Assembly: GCA_947386115.1 (NCBI GenBank)
Contig: CANDNO010000002.1
Span: forward strand, 10,965 to 74,964
From: an uncultured Muribaculaceae bacterium
GTDB lineage: Bacteria > Bacteroidota > Bacteroidia > Bacteroidales > Muribaculaceae
DNA length: 64,000 bases
Reading direction: 5' to 3'
Part shown: one piece after another, positions 40,505 to 50,428 of the stretch
Position numbering within the stretch: the first letter of the stretch is position 1
How the letters are laid out: every line of letters begins with the position of its first letter
Made by a program: the position numbers and the translations under genes
The notes under the pieces: model-generated
The model's database searches: none
Seen by the model: the letters and a program-made list of their open reading frames with translations, nothing else
Told to the model about the DNA's origin: nothing

Positions 40505-43500
40505 ATGAATTACGTTACCCGTCTCTTTTCTGTTATTAATGCCTGCCGACGTTTCAATTTACACATTTTATTTTTGACCCTGTCGGTTTTTGCCGCCGTC
40601 ACATTGCGTGCCGACGACAGCAGGTCATTGCGTCTTTTCAACGACCCCGAGATTCTTTCACACCAGTACCGCACGTTCTGCCTCGACAAGCAGGGCTACC
40701 TGTGGATAGGGTCGGACCTCGGTCTCGTGAGATTTGACGGGTCGGACTATGATGTGTACCGTCGCGACGGCGACACCCCCGGCACGATAAGCTCGAATAT
40801 TGTATTAGACATCCTGTGCGATGCCGGAGGCCGCATCTGGGTTGCCACCGCCGATGGCCTTAACCTCTTTGACCCTACCACAAACAGCTTCAGGCTGGTC
40901 AAGATTCCGGGCATATCATTCAAAGGCTACATCCTGAGCATCACCGAGCAGGCCGACGGCACGGTGGCATTTATCGTATCGGGCGTAGGTTTGTATTTCA
41001 TCGACGAACAAAACAATGACAATCTCGAAGCCGTGCGCATAGGCTACATATCCGAAAACAGCGATATAAACTCGATCATGGCCACGCCCGACGGCGGCTT
41101 CGTATGCGGCTCCCATTACGGCAATATCGTGAGAATATTCCCCAACGGCAAAATTACGAGTAAACCCACCACCAACGATTTCTTCGTTGGCATACGCCGT
41201 GCCGGAGAAAACCAAGCCATTGCCTATACGTCGAAAGGAATATGGCGAGCCAACATTCCCACAATGGAAATTGACGAGATAGATATCTCGCCACTGAACG
41301 GCCACATTATAAACAATGTGAGCATCGGCCCCGACAACACGGCCTACGTGGCCACCAACAGCGGCGGCGTGTGGATAATCAAGGAGAACAGCAACGTATT
41401 GGAGTCGATGGACGGACTCTTCCACCCCTCGGTCGACATCGACCGCATAAAACTCGGAGCCATATATATGGCACCCGACGGCAACCTGTGGATAGGCTGC
41501 AACCACCACGGCGTGCTCATGCTGCCCTCCACCCCTATGCCTTTCAGCTATCACCCGGTCAAGAGAGCCATGAACGACTTCGACGGCGGCATAACTGCGA
41601 TGTCGGTGTCACCGGATGGCGTATGGATGGCTCTTGAAGATAATGATATAGTACATTTCTCCAACGACCATAAACTACGCCACCGCCGACACATCTCCAC
41701 GGGGCGCAGTATCTGCCAGCTGTACCAGGCCGATGACGGCACGCTCTACACGGCATCGGTCTACGACGCCATCTATCGCATCGACCCGTCGACAGGCGCC
41801 ATATCCCGGCTGTTCGACCTCACAAACACTTCCATAAGATACTGTATTGCCGGCGGTGGCTCAGAGCCTGACCTTTACGTAGGCGTACACGGCGACGGCA
41901 TGATAAAATACAACCAGTCGACCGGCGAAAAAACAATGTTCAGCTCCAAGCAACAGGGCGAGGACCGATTCCTCAACGACTGGATAGCATCGATGTTCAT
42001 CGACTCACACAAGCGGTTGTGGATAGGCCTGTACAGCGGACTGGCGTGCTATGACATACCGGCCGACACGTTCAAAATAATTCGCAAATCGCCTTTCTTC
42101 TCTCTCGGCGCATGCAATACGATACGTGAGACACGCGACGGGCGCCTGCTGCTGGGAACCAGTTGCGGACTGGCCATATATAATATCGACAAAGACACCG
42201 TTGAGAATCTGATTACCACGACCCACGGTTTATGTGACAACGACGTGCGCGCGCTCGAAATCGACTCCAACGACATCGCCTGGATAGGCACCTTGCACGG
42301 CCTGTCGAGATACTCGATAGCCACCGGCGATGTATCGTCGCTCAAAGGTGGCCACGGCATCTCCGAGACGACGTTCCCTCACTCGGGCTACGACCGCGAC
42401 TCCGACCGCATGGTATTTGCCGGAAATCTTGGATATACCATATTCTCGCCGTCGACAATCGAGCCGGTATCGTTCTCCAAACCGATGAAAGTGAGCGGAG
42501 TTTATCTTAACGGCAAGCGTCTCACCGAGTCACACACGTCGGGAGGACGCCCTGCCATCGAGACCGATTCATCACAGGCTTACAGCCGGGTGAACCTGTC
42601 GTACAAAGACAACAACCTCATGATGCGCCTCTCGACGATGGATTTCCGCGACCCGGCCAACATAAGTTACGAATGGAAAATCGAGGGAGAGGGAGACTCC
42701 TGGATTTCAACCAATCCCGGTTCAAGTACCATAGTGATTCCGGGCCTCGACTCGGGCAACCATACTCTCCTGGTGAGAGCCACCGACAACTCGGTGAGCT
42801 CCGACATCACGCGCCTCACCATTCACGTCACGCCGCCCTGGTACCTGTCGGCTCCCGCCAAGGTAGTGTATGCACTGCTCGTAATAGACATTTTAGTGCT
42901 CGTGTTCATCATTTTCCGTAAGAAAAAGAGCGAAGAGATATACGAAGCCAAAGTAAAGTTCTTCATGGACATCTCACACGAGATACGTTCTCCCGTGACA
43001 TGTATCATAGGCCCTCTCGAGACCCTCATCAAGAAAGACCACGACCCGGAGACCCAGGCCATGCTGCGCGGCATGCACCGCAACGCCGGACGCATCCTGA
43101 GCCTTGCCAACCAGCTGCTCGAAATACGTAAAATCGACAAAGGCAAGAAGAGTCTAACCATGCAGCCTACCGATCTCACCGGCTTCGCCTCGGAGATTGT
43201 CGAACTGTACCGCCCCATGGCCGAGAGCAAGTCGATCGACATCTCGCTCGATGCACCCGCCGATATGGAACAGGTGTGGATCGACCGTGACAACTTTGAC
43301 AAGGTGCTCGTAAACCTCATTACCAACGCCATCAAGTACACGCCCGACGGCGGCAAGGTCGAGGTATGCCTCGACACCACCACCGACGAGGAACTCGGCA
43401 ACTGCGCCCGCATCCGCGTGATCGACACCGGCGTAGGCATCGACCCAAAACACATTTCCCGCATATTCGAGCGCTTCTATCAGGGCCAGCGTTCAGCTGC

Positions 43501-44545
43501 AGGATTCGGCGTAGGACTCAACCTCGCCCGCCAGCTCGTCATTCTGCATCACGGCTCGCTCACGGCAGCCAACCGTGCCGATGGAGTCAAGGGCAGCATC
43601 TTCACCGTCATGCTACCTCTGGGCCATTCACACCTGTCGGCCGACGAGTTAAATAATAGCTCATTAACTGACAGCATCTTACCTCCTCCGGGCAATATTT
43701 CAACAAACATCAATCTTAACACCGACTCTTCATACAAGTCGTCACAGCCGGCCCGTCGAAACGCCGACCGCTACACTATCCTTATCGCCGACGATGACAA
43801 CGAGCTGCGCGAGTATCTCCGATTCCACTTCTCGCGCCAGTTTAAGGTTCTCGAGGCCTCAAACGGCTCCGAGGCACAGAAACTGCTGCTCGACAACAAG
43901 GTAGACCTCGTGATAAGCGATGTAGTGATGCCCGAGGTCGACGGTCTCGAATTGCTCAAGACCATAAAAGGCAACACCGACACCAGCCACACGCCCGTAA
44001 TACTTCTCAGCTCCCGCAACGATGTCGCCGACCGCCTCTCGGGCTGGAACCGCGGCGCCGACGGTTACATCGGGAAGCCGTTCAGCATCAGCGAGCTCGA
44101 ATCGCTCGTCGACACGCTCATCGAAAACCGACTGAGAATGAAAGGCAAATTCTCGGGCGCCCAGAACAGCTGTGACAACGTGCCGCTCCCCGAAGTCAAA
44201 GGCAACGACGAGGCCCTCATGAACAAGATAGTGAAAGTAATCGAGGCCCGTATAGCCGACCCCGACCTCAACGTGGAGACACTCGGTGTCGAAGTAGGCA
44301 TTTCGCGAGCACACCTTCACCGCAAGATGAAAGAGCTGATAGGTATGACGCCGAGCGACTTCATTCGCAACGTGCGCCTGCGCCAGGCATGCGAGATACT
44401 GCGCAAACACGATGTCGATGTCACCCAGGTGGCATATAAGGTAGGTTTCACATCACAGCCCCACTTCTCGACAGCCTTCAAGAAGTTTACCGGCGTTTCG
44501 CCCACCGAGTATCGCGCACGATCTAACGCCCGGCAGGACGATTGA
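40505..44545 (+). CDS. Hybrid two-component system (HTCS) sensor kinase/response regulator with an AraC-type HTH
   Basis: Periplasmic beta-propeller and Y_Y_Y region, one TM helix, HisKA (FFMDISHEIRSP), HATPase, REC (ILIADDDNELREYL..DLVISDVVMPEVDG), and HTH_AraC (GFTSQPHFSTAFKKFTGVSPTEYR). The start is set at MNYVTRLF. Confidence 0.9.
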   Translation: MNYVTRLFSVINACRRFNLHILFLTLSVFAAVTLRADDSRSLRLFNDPEILSHQYRTFCLDKQGYLWIGSDLGLVRFDGSDYDVYRRDGDTPGTISSNIVLDILCDAGGRIWVATADGLNLFDPTTNSFRLVKIPGISFKGYILSITEQADGTVAFIVSGVGLYFIDEQNNDNLEAVRIGYISENSDINSIMATPDGGFVCGSHYGNIVRIFPNGKITSKPTTNDFFVGIRRAGENQAIAYTSKGIWRANIPTMEIDEIDISPLNGHIINNVSIGPDNTAYVATNSGGVWIIKENSNVLESMDGLFHPSVDIDRIKLGAIYMAPDGNLWIGCNHHGVLMLPSTPMPFSYHPVKRAMNDFDGGITAMSVSPDGVWMALEDNDIVHFSNDHKLRHRRHISTGRSICQLYQADDGTLYTASVYDAIYRIDPSTGAISRLFDLTNTSIRYCIAGGGSEPDLYVGVHGDGMIKYNQSTGEKTMFSSKQQGEDRFLNDWIASMFIDSHKRLWIGLYSGLACYDIPADTFKIIRKSPFFSLGACNTIRETRDGRLLLGTSCGLAIYNIDKDTVENLITTTHGLCDNDVRALEIDSNDIAWIGTLHGLSRYSIATGDVSSLKGGHGISETTFPHSGYDRDSDRMVFAGNLGYTIFSPSTIEPVSFSKPMKVSGVYLNGKRLTESHTSGGRPAIETDSSQAYSRVNLSYKDNNLMMRLSTMDFRDPANISYEWKIEGEGDSWISTNPGSSTIVIPGLDSGNHTLLVRATDNSVSSDITRLTIHVTPPWYLSAPAKVVYALLVIDILVLVFIIFRKKKSEEIYEAKVKFFMDISHEIRSPVTCIIGPLETLIKKDHDPETQAMLRGMHRNAGRILSLANQLLEIRKIDKGKKSLTMQPTDLTGFASEIVELYRPMAESKSIDISLDAPADMEQVWIDRDNFDKVLVNLITNAIKYTPDGGKVEVCLDTTTDEELGNCARIRVIDTGVGIDPKHISRIFERFYQGQRSAAGFGVGLNLARQLVILHHGSLTAANRADGVKGSIFTVMLPLGHSHLSADELNNSSLTDSILPPPGNISTNINLNTDSSYKSSQPARRNADRYTILIADDDNELREYLRFHFSRQFKVLEASNGSEAQKLLLDNKVDLVISDVVMPEVDGLELLKTIKGNTDTSHTPVILLSSRNDVADRLSGWNRGADGYIGKPFSISELESLVDTLIENRLRMKGKFSGAQNSCDNVPLPEVKGNDEALMNKIVKVIEARIADPDLNVETLGVEVGISRAHLHRKMKELIGMTPSDFIRNVRLRQACEILRKHDVDVTQVAYKVGFTSQPHFSTAFKKFTGVSPTEYRARSNARQDD

Positions 44546-47099
44546 GCGACGGGCCCACGTAGGTAGGTCTGAGACCGCCGTAGTCTACAACCACGCGCTG
44601 TATGATCTGGCCGGCGTCAATGGCGTGAAGCGTGACAGTGTGCGACTCCCGCTGCGGGTCGATAGCGAAAGTGAATTTATTCTCGGTGCTGTTGCGCAGG
44701 ACGTTGGTTTTCCATTCGTGCGACCACTCGATGGGGTGATACTCGACCGTCTGTATGTCGCCGCCGTCGACCGAAACGCCAAACTGCGTGCCGGCCATGG
44801 CATTGAGCGGGAAAAACGGAAACGCATAGACCGTTACCTCGACCGAGTCGCGCGCCATCGCCGGCAATGAGTATGTAATGCTCTCGCTGGCCACGTCGGC
44901 ATCGGGGCGTGCCTCGCCAAGCTGCACCGACTGCATGTCATAGCCAAGTCCCTTGATAATCCTTATCGACGAGCCGCTCTTGGACAGCGGTGACGCAAGG
45001 TCGACAACGTGGCAGCCATCAAGTCGAGACTGTTCATCAACCGGCTCGATGTCAATATCGCCGGCCTCGACACCATCGACGAAGCACACCGTGGGCTTGT
45101 TCTGATATTTAGCCACAAAACCCTCGGGCACGGCCATCATCCCGTTCCATTTGCCACCGAGCGCCATATTGTAACGCAGGCTCAGAGCGTCGATGCTGTC
45201 ATGGGCGGCAATAGCCATCATGGCAGCGCGGTTGGCTCCGGCACTGTCACCGCGGGCAAGCAGCTCGCCGTTGAGCTGGGCAAGAAGATATTTCCGATTC
45301 ATCTGGTACGATGCCTGAACAGGATAACCGAGCATCTCGAAGAACGGCACACGCAGGCTGTCGGGCAGTTCGTTCATCACTCGCTCAGCCTCGTCGGACA
45401 ATCGGCGGTAATCGCTAAGTCGGCCTCGGGCATCATTGTAGTTGTCAAACGAATAGTCGGTAGGGCCCGTCTCGGCATATCTCGGGGCATCCCACTCTCG
45501 CTCCCATCCCATATACTCGGGCTTGCGGCTCCAGGCCAGGCGATAGTAGTCGTCAAGCATGCCCTGCAACGTCGGGCGATACTCGGCTCCTATTATGCCG
45601 GCAAGCATCTCGGCCTGATGGGTATAGGCCTTCTCGTAGCTCCAGGCATCCATATCCCAGGCCATCTCCATAAACGACTGTATGGCAAGCTCCATAGGCT
45701 TGATGTCGCCCACGTTGAGTAGCCAGTAGCGGTCGGCACCATAGTCATAGGCCTTCTTGAGCTCCTCATACATGAGCACCGGAGGCGTCGTGCACAGCCA
45801 CAGGTAATCGTGAGGCGTGCCCAGGTATGACGTGTGGTAATACACTCCTGCGCCACCCTTGCGCCCACGCCCCCTACCGTCGCTAAGATGCTTCATAAAG
45901 CCGTAATTATCGTCGGGCCACACGATTGTGACATCATCGGGCAACTGTAACCCGGCCTCATAAACATCGAGCGTCTCCTTGTAAGGGACAAATATCTGGG
46001 GCACACGGTCGGCAGCCTTTCCGGTGTGCTTTTCAAGAATCTCACGCTGGTCGGTTATCACCTGCGTGAGCACTTCGACGCGCTTGTCCATCGACATGTC
46101 GCCACGCATACCCTCGTCGTGGACGCCACGCATGGCTATCGTATAAATGTTCTCAAACCGGCCTGCCTCTTCAAGGCGCTTGTCAAACTTGTCGTATATC
46201 GTAGCCCTGTTGGTGACGTAATTCCACTCTCCGTCACGCTCGCTGTCCCACTCGCTTTGCGCCGCATTGTTAAACAGCATGGGCTCGCAATGGGAAGTAG
46301 TGATGATTATTCCGAAACTGTCGGCCACCTCCTTGCTCCCGGCATGAGAGTAGAAAGCGCCCGTGCACGAGTGCATGGCCGGAGCGAGCATATTGCCCTT
46401 AAGGCGCAGCAGGAGTTCACACACGCGGGCATAGGTTCGCGGTCCTATGTCGCCCAACTCTTTCTCATAGTTATTTGACGACCAGGGCTTGAGGCCCCAG
46501 TCTTCATCGTTGATGAATATACCGCGGTAACGCACCGACGGCTCGCGCGAAAGATAGTCGGCCACGATTCTGAGCTCAGGAATACGGGCCACGGGGACAT
46601 CGGCCCACCACTCCCATGGCGACACACCCATAGCCTCGCTGACGGCCAGCGCTCCATAGGCTGCACCGCGACGGTCGCTGCCGGCTATCACGAGCGCTTC
46701 GGGAATCCCTTTGGCAGGGTTCGGGACCGTAAGAATACGGTAACGTTCTACGGCACCGTCGAGCGAGTCGATATCGATGACCCCTTTGGCCGACAGCTTG
46801 TCGATCATGCCGCTGTTGCCTTTCACCCCGATTATCACTGCCGGCCGGCCTCGCCTCACGCGTGTTTCAACCTCGGGCCGTTTGCCCGTGACCCGCTCAA
46901 GGTCGGCAGCAAACATTCCGGCAGCTTTCATCACTACCGGCGAGTCGTCAGGGTCGACCAGTATATAGCAGTCGTCGGCCGCAAACCCGGCTGCCGTCGT
47001 GCCGCCAATTTTACTGTAAGCCTCTATGACGTCTTTACCTAAAGCATTCACGCCCTGTGAACACATTATTGCCGCGATAATCAGGATAAATATTCTCAT
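44523..47099 (-). CDS. GH115 xylan alpha-glucuronidase
   Basis: YRGIFINDEDWGLKPW, SHCEPMLFNN and GVYYHTSYLGTPHDYLWL are characteristic GH115 blocks. The signal peptide starts at MRIFILIIAA (ATG 47099). Confidence 0.8.
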   Translation of the reverse strand: MRIFILIIAAIMCSQGVNALGKDVIEAYSKIGGTTAAGFAADDCYILVDPDDSPVVMKAAGMFAADLERVTGKRPEVETRVRRGRPAVIIGVKGNSGMIDKLSAKGVIDIDSLDGAVERYRILTVPNPAKGIPEALVIAGSDRRGAAYGALAVSEAMGVSPWEWWADVPVARIPELRIVADYLSREPSVRYRGIFINDEDWGLKPWSSNNYEKELGDIGPRTYARVCELLLRLKGNMLAPAMHSCTGAFYSHAGSKEVADSFGIIITTSHCEPMLFNNAAQSEWDSERDGEWNYVTNRATIYDKFDKRLEEAGRFENIYTIAMRGVHDEGMRGDMSMDKRVEVLTQVITDQREILEKHTGKAADRVPQIFVPYKETLDVYEAGLQLPDDVTIVWPDDNYGFMKHLSDGRGRGRKGGAGVYYHTSYLGTPHDYLWLCTTPPVLMYEELKKAYDYGADRYWLLNVGDIKPMELAIQSFMEMAWDMDAWSYEKAYTHQAEMLAGIIGAEYRPTLQGMLDDYYRLAWSRKPEYMGWEREWDAPRYAETGPTDYSFDNYNDARGRLSDYRRLSDEAERVMNELPDSLRVPFFEMLGYPVQASYQMNRKYLLAQLNGELLARGDSAGANRAAMMAIAAHDSIDALSLRYNMALGGKWNGMMAVPEGFVAKYQNKPTVCFVDGVEAGDIDIEPVDEQSRLDGCHVVDLASPLSKSGSSIRIIKGLGYDMQSVQLGEARPDADVASESITYSLPAMARDSVEVTVYAFPFFPLNAMAGTQFGVSVDGGDIQTVEYHPIEWSHEWKTNVLRNSTENKFTFAIDPQRESHTVTLHAIDAGQIIQRVVVDYGGLRPTYVGPSLNRPAGR

Positions 47100-47125
47100 G
47101 CTTATGTGTGATAAATGATTCGATG

Positions 47126-47133
47126 CAAATTTA
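47126..47133 (-). promoter_or_regulatory. -7 box (TAAATTTG on the minus strand) for GH115
   Basis: The plus strand reads CAAATTTA, 27 nt upstream of ATG 47099. Confidence 0.45.
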
Positions 47134-47374
47134 CCCAAAAAAGCGTCACCGTCGATACCCACATAGTCCCAAACACGTCGCACGTTGTAACAAAACGTCT
47201 CATCGGCATTTCTATAAGTCTCAACCTGCACAAATGCTAACCGACGACGTTGACAGGCAATTTTGTGGTTTCCGATATTTTGGGTAATTTTGTGTGCTTA
47301 TGTACACACTCCTGGCCGAACCCGTGCGGGGGTGCCGTTTGTTATAATGTCGGTACAAAGTAAAACTTTTTATT

Positions 47375-47716
47375 ATGGAATCAACAAGACAAGCTAAAAT
47401 AGCCCGTCTCCTGCAAAAGGAGCTAAGCGAGATATTCCGCCGCCAGACGGCCAAGACTCATGGTGTCCTCGTATCGGTAAGCGCCGTGCGCGTTTCGCCC
47501 GACCTCAGCATTGCCCGTGTCTACCTCTCGGTGTTCCCCTCCGACAAAGGCCAGGAAATCCTGAACGAGATAAACCGCAGTAACAAGACCATACGCTACG
47601 AGCTCGCTCAGATCGTGCGCCACCAGCTGCGCAAGACCCCCGAGCTGTCGTTCTACCTCGATGACTCGCTCGACTATATCGAGAACATCGACAACCTGCT
47701 CAAAGAAAAAGAATAA
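47375..47716 (+). CDS. rbfA: Ribosome-binding factor A
   Basis: 113 aa. MESTRQAKIARLLQKELSEIF...VRVSPDLSIARVYLSV is the typical RbfA KH-like fold signature. Confidence 0.85.
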   Translation: MESTRQAKIARLLQKELSEIFRRQTAKTHGVLVSVSAVRVSPDLSIARVYLSVFPSDKGQEILNEINRSNKTIRYELAQIVRHQLRKTPELSFYLDDSLDYIENIDNLLKEKE

Positions 47717-47738
47717 TTCTCAACTCTCAATTCTCTAA

Positions 47739-48974
47739 ATGCTTTCTCTGCGCGTGGCGCTGAGGTATCTTTTCTCAAAGAAAACCCACAACGCCGTCAA
47801 CATACTGTCACTGGTCTCGGTGGTCGGCGTGGCCATAGCCACAATGGCCATGGTGATTGTATTGTCGGTATTCAACGGCTTCAGCGACCTCGCGGCCGGG
47901 AAACTGTCGCAGATGGTCCCCGACCTGCTCATCGTGCCGGAGAGCGGAAAGATTATTGAGGATGCCGACTCTGTCGCCGCCATTGCCGGCTCGGTACAGG
48001 GGGTAATACTCACAGCCCCCGTGCTGCGCGAACAGGCCATGGCCGTGACCCGCGACGGACAGATGCCCGTAACGCTACTGGGCATGACCGTGGGAGCGGT
48101 CGAGGCTACCAACATGTCGGGGATAATGCTCGACGGCTCGAGCCTCGTAGGATACATCGACGAGCCCGACCTCCCCGTCTACGGCCGGCCGGCATGCGTG
48201 CTTAGCGTGGGCGTAGCGGTAGAGACCGGACTGAGAAGCGGGATGGACGAGAGCCTGCAAGTCTATGTACCGCGCCGACGCGGCCGCATAAACACGGCCA
48301 ACCCCATGAGCGCATTCCGCGGCGACACACTCGTTGTAGCCGGGGTATATCGAGTGGAACAGGCCGAGTATGACACCGACATGATCGTGGTTCCCCTCGA
48401 GGTAGCCCGACGGCTGCTCGACTACACCGACGGCGAGGGAACGGCCGTGCAGGTATTCCTTACCGACGGCGACTCGGCCCCATCGGTGGCGCGGCAACTG
48501 TCTAACCACCTTGGCCCCGGATACCGCGTGCTCGACCGCATAGCCCAGCAACAGCAGGCTTTCAACATGATAGCCGTCGAGAAATGGGTCACGCTGCTCA
48601 TGCTCGCATTCATACTTGTGATAACATCGTTCAACATCATATCGGCGATATACATTCTTAAAGTCGAGAAACAGGGCAACATGGCCGTTCTGCGCGCCAT
48701 GGGAGCCACCGAGGGTATGATACAGAACATATTCGCATGGCAGGGCCGACTTATCACGCTCGCCGGCGGCGCGATAGGCATACTGCTGGGCACGACGCTC
48801 ACCCTCGCACAGCAATGGGGCGGATTCATCAAGCTCCAGGCCGGCGACATGTCAATGCTCTCGGTCGAGGCCTACCCCGTGCGTCTCGAGCCCACCGACC
48901 TGCTCGTCGTCGCTGCAATAGTAATAATCGTAGCGCTCGTGTGCGCCCGCATAGCCACCCTTACAAGAAAATGA
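47739..48974 (+). CDS. FtsX/LolC/LolE-family ABC transporter permease
   Basis: 411 aa. The N-terminus is LRYLFSKKTHNAVNILSLVSVVGVAIATMAMVIVLSVFNGF. There is a periplasmic MacB-like domain and a C-terminal FtsX 3-TM bundle. Confidence 0.75.
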   Translation: MLSLRVALRYLFSKKTHNAVNILSLVSVVGVAIATMAMVIVLSVFNGFSDLAAGKLSQMVPDLLIVPESGKIIEDADSVAAIAGSVQGVILTAPVLREQAMAVTRDGQMPVTLLGMTVGAVEATNMSGIMLDGSSLVGYIDEPDLPVYGRPACVLSVGVAVETGLRSGMDESLQVYVPRRRGRINTANPMSAFRGDTLVVAGVYRVEQAEYDTDMIVVPLEVARRLLDYTDGEGTAVQVFLTDGDSAPSVARQLSNHLGPGYRVLDRIAQQQQAFNMIAVEKWVTLLMLAFILVITSFNIISAIYILKVEKQGNMAVLRAMGATEGMIQNIFAWQGRLITLAGGAIGILLGTTLTLAQQWGGFIKLQAGDMSMLSVEAYPVRLEPTDLLVVAAIVIIVALVCARIATLTRK

Positions 48975-50428
48975 TTACCCCGCTACTATATCTCGCCAGC
49001 GACTGGCTCTACTACTCGACTGCCCGCATCGACAACAGCGTCCACTCCACCATACCGCGCGGAGTTACAGTTGTCATAGGGCCCAATGGTGCCGGAAAAT
49101 CGATGCTGGCCGACATAATCGAGCGCGGCCGCAACTTCCGCACAAACCGTATCACGACACCCGACTCATCGCCTCTCTCAGTCAAAAAAGTAGAGTTTGC
49201 CGACATTCACTCGCTGCGGGGAATCACCGCCACAGGCTACTACCAGCAGCGCTACGAGGCCACAATGAACGACGAGGTGCCCGCCGTGGCCGACATCATA
49301 AGCCGCGACTACGACCTCGAGGCTGTAAACGAGTGGTGTCATAGGCTCGGGCTTGACGGCGTGATGGAAAAGCGCATCAACTACCTGTCGAGCGGCGAGC
49401 TGCGCAAACTGCTCGTGGCCACAGCACTTACATCGCGCCCCGGCCTGCTCATTCTCGACAATCCTTACATAGGACTCGACGCCACCTCGCGCGAGGTGCT
49501 CGACAGCGCGCTCGCCATGCTCCCCGTGCTCGGGGTCAACGTGATGATGCTCGTGTGCGACCCGCGCGACATCCCCGCCTACGCCACCGCCATCCTGCCC
49601 ATCGTCGACATGAAACTGCGCGAGCTTGTCGAAGTCAACAAACCCATCGAGGCCGTGCGCGACTCGATGATGCACCTTTTTGACTATGCCATCGACACAT
49701 CGCGTCTTCCCCGCCCTCTTGACATCGACAACGACACCGTCGACATTATTGCAAAGTTCGACAAGTGCCGCGTAAGCTACGGCCCAACGACAATTATCGA
49801 CAGCATCGACTGGACCATACGCGACAACGAGCGCTGGGCGCTGCAAGGCCCAAACGGCAGCGGCAAATCTACCCTTCTGAGCCTTATCAATGCCGACAAT
49901 CCTGCCGGCTACCGCTCCAACATCACCCTCTTTGACCACCGTCGCGGCACAGGCGAAAGCATCTGGGACATCAAGCGGCGCATAGGCTACGTCTCGCCCG
50001 AAATGAGACTCTATTTCACCGGCACCGGTACGGTTCAAACGGTAATAGGTCAGGGACTTATCGACACCGTGGGCAGCTACGTTAAACTACGGCCCGACCA
50101 GACGGCTCTTGCCGGACTGTGGGTCGAGATGCTACACCTCCGGTCGATAGCCGACCGCCCCTACAACACCCTCTCGGCCGGCGAACGCCAGATGGTTCTT
50201 ATCGCCCGCGCAATGATAAAACAGCCCCGATTGCTCATCCTCGACGAGCCGATGCACGGACTCGACTACGGCCGCAAACGCGCCATGCGCGCGCTCATCA
50301 ACTACTTTGCCGCCCGCGCCGACCTCCCCGGCTCCCCCTACCCCATGGCCTTGATCTACGTCACCCACCACGCCGACGAACTGCCCGAATGCATCGACCA
50401 CACCCTGAACCTCTCACACCATGACTAA
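48971..50428 (+). CDS. Double ABC ATPase without a TM domain (ModF-like)
   Basis: Two Walker A motifs (GPNGAGKS, GPNGSGKS) and two signature motifs (LSSGELRK, LSAGERQM). About 485 aa. ATG 48971 overlaps the upstream stop in an ATGA arrangement. The track N-terminal extension was rejected. Confidence 0.7.
   Translation: MITPLLYLASDWLYYSTARIDNSVHSTIPRGVTVVIGPNGAGKSMLADIIERGRNFRTNRITTPDSSPLSVKKVEFADIHSLRGITATGYYQQRYEATMNDEVPAVADIISRDYDLEAVNEWCHRLGLDGVMEKRINYLSSGELRKLLVATALTSRPGLLILDNPYIGLDATSREVLDSALAMLPVLGVNVMMLVCDPRDIPAYATAILPIVDMKLRELVEVNKPIEAVRDSMMHLFDYAIDTSRLPRPLDIDNDTVDIIAKFDKCRVSYGPTTIIDSIDWTIRDNERWALQGPNGSGKSTLLSLINADNPAGYRSNITLFDHRRGTGESIWDIKRRIGYVSPEMRLYFTGTGTVQTVIGQGLIDTVGSYVKLRPDQTALAGLWVEMLHLRSIADRPYNTLSAGERQMVLIARAMIKQPRLLILDEPMHGLDYGRKRAMRALINYFAARADLPGSPYPMALIYVTHHADELPECIDHTLNLSHHD

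Noticed and set aside
48737-48970. The N-terminal extension of the ModF-like ORF in the track.
   Set aside because: The extension overlaps the 3' end of the lolE-like gene in another frame and is rich in R, H and P. ATG 48971 gives an ATGA overlap and a normal ABC N-terminus.
49178-50038. A 286-aa minus-strand ORF.
   Set aside because: It is antisense to the double ABC ATPase, which has Walker A and signature motifs on the plus strand.
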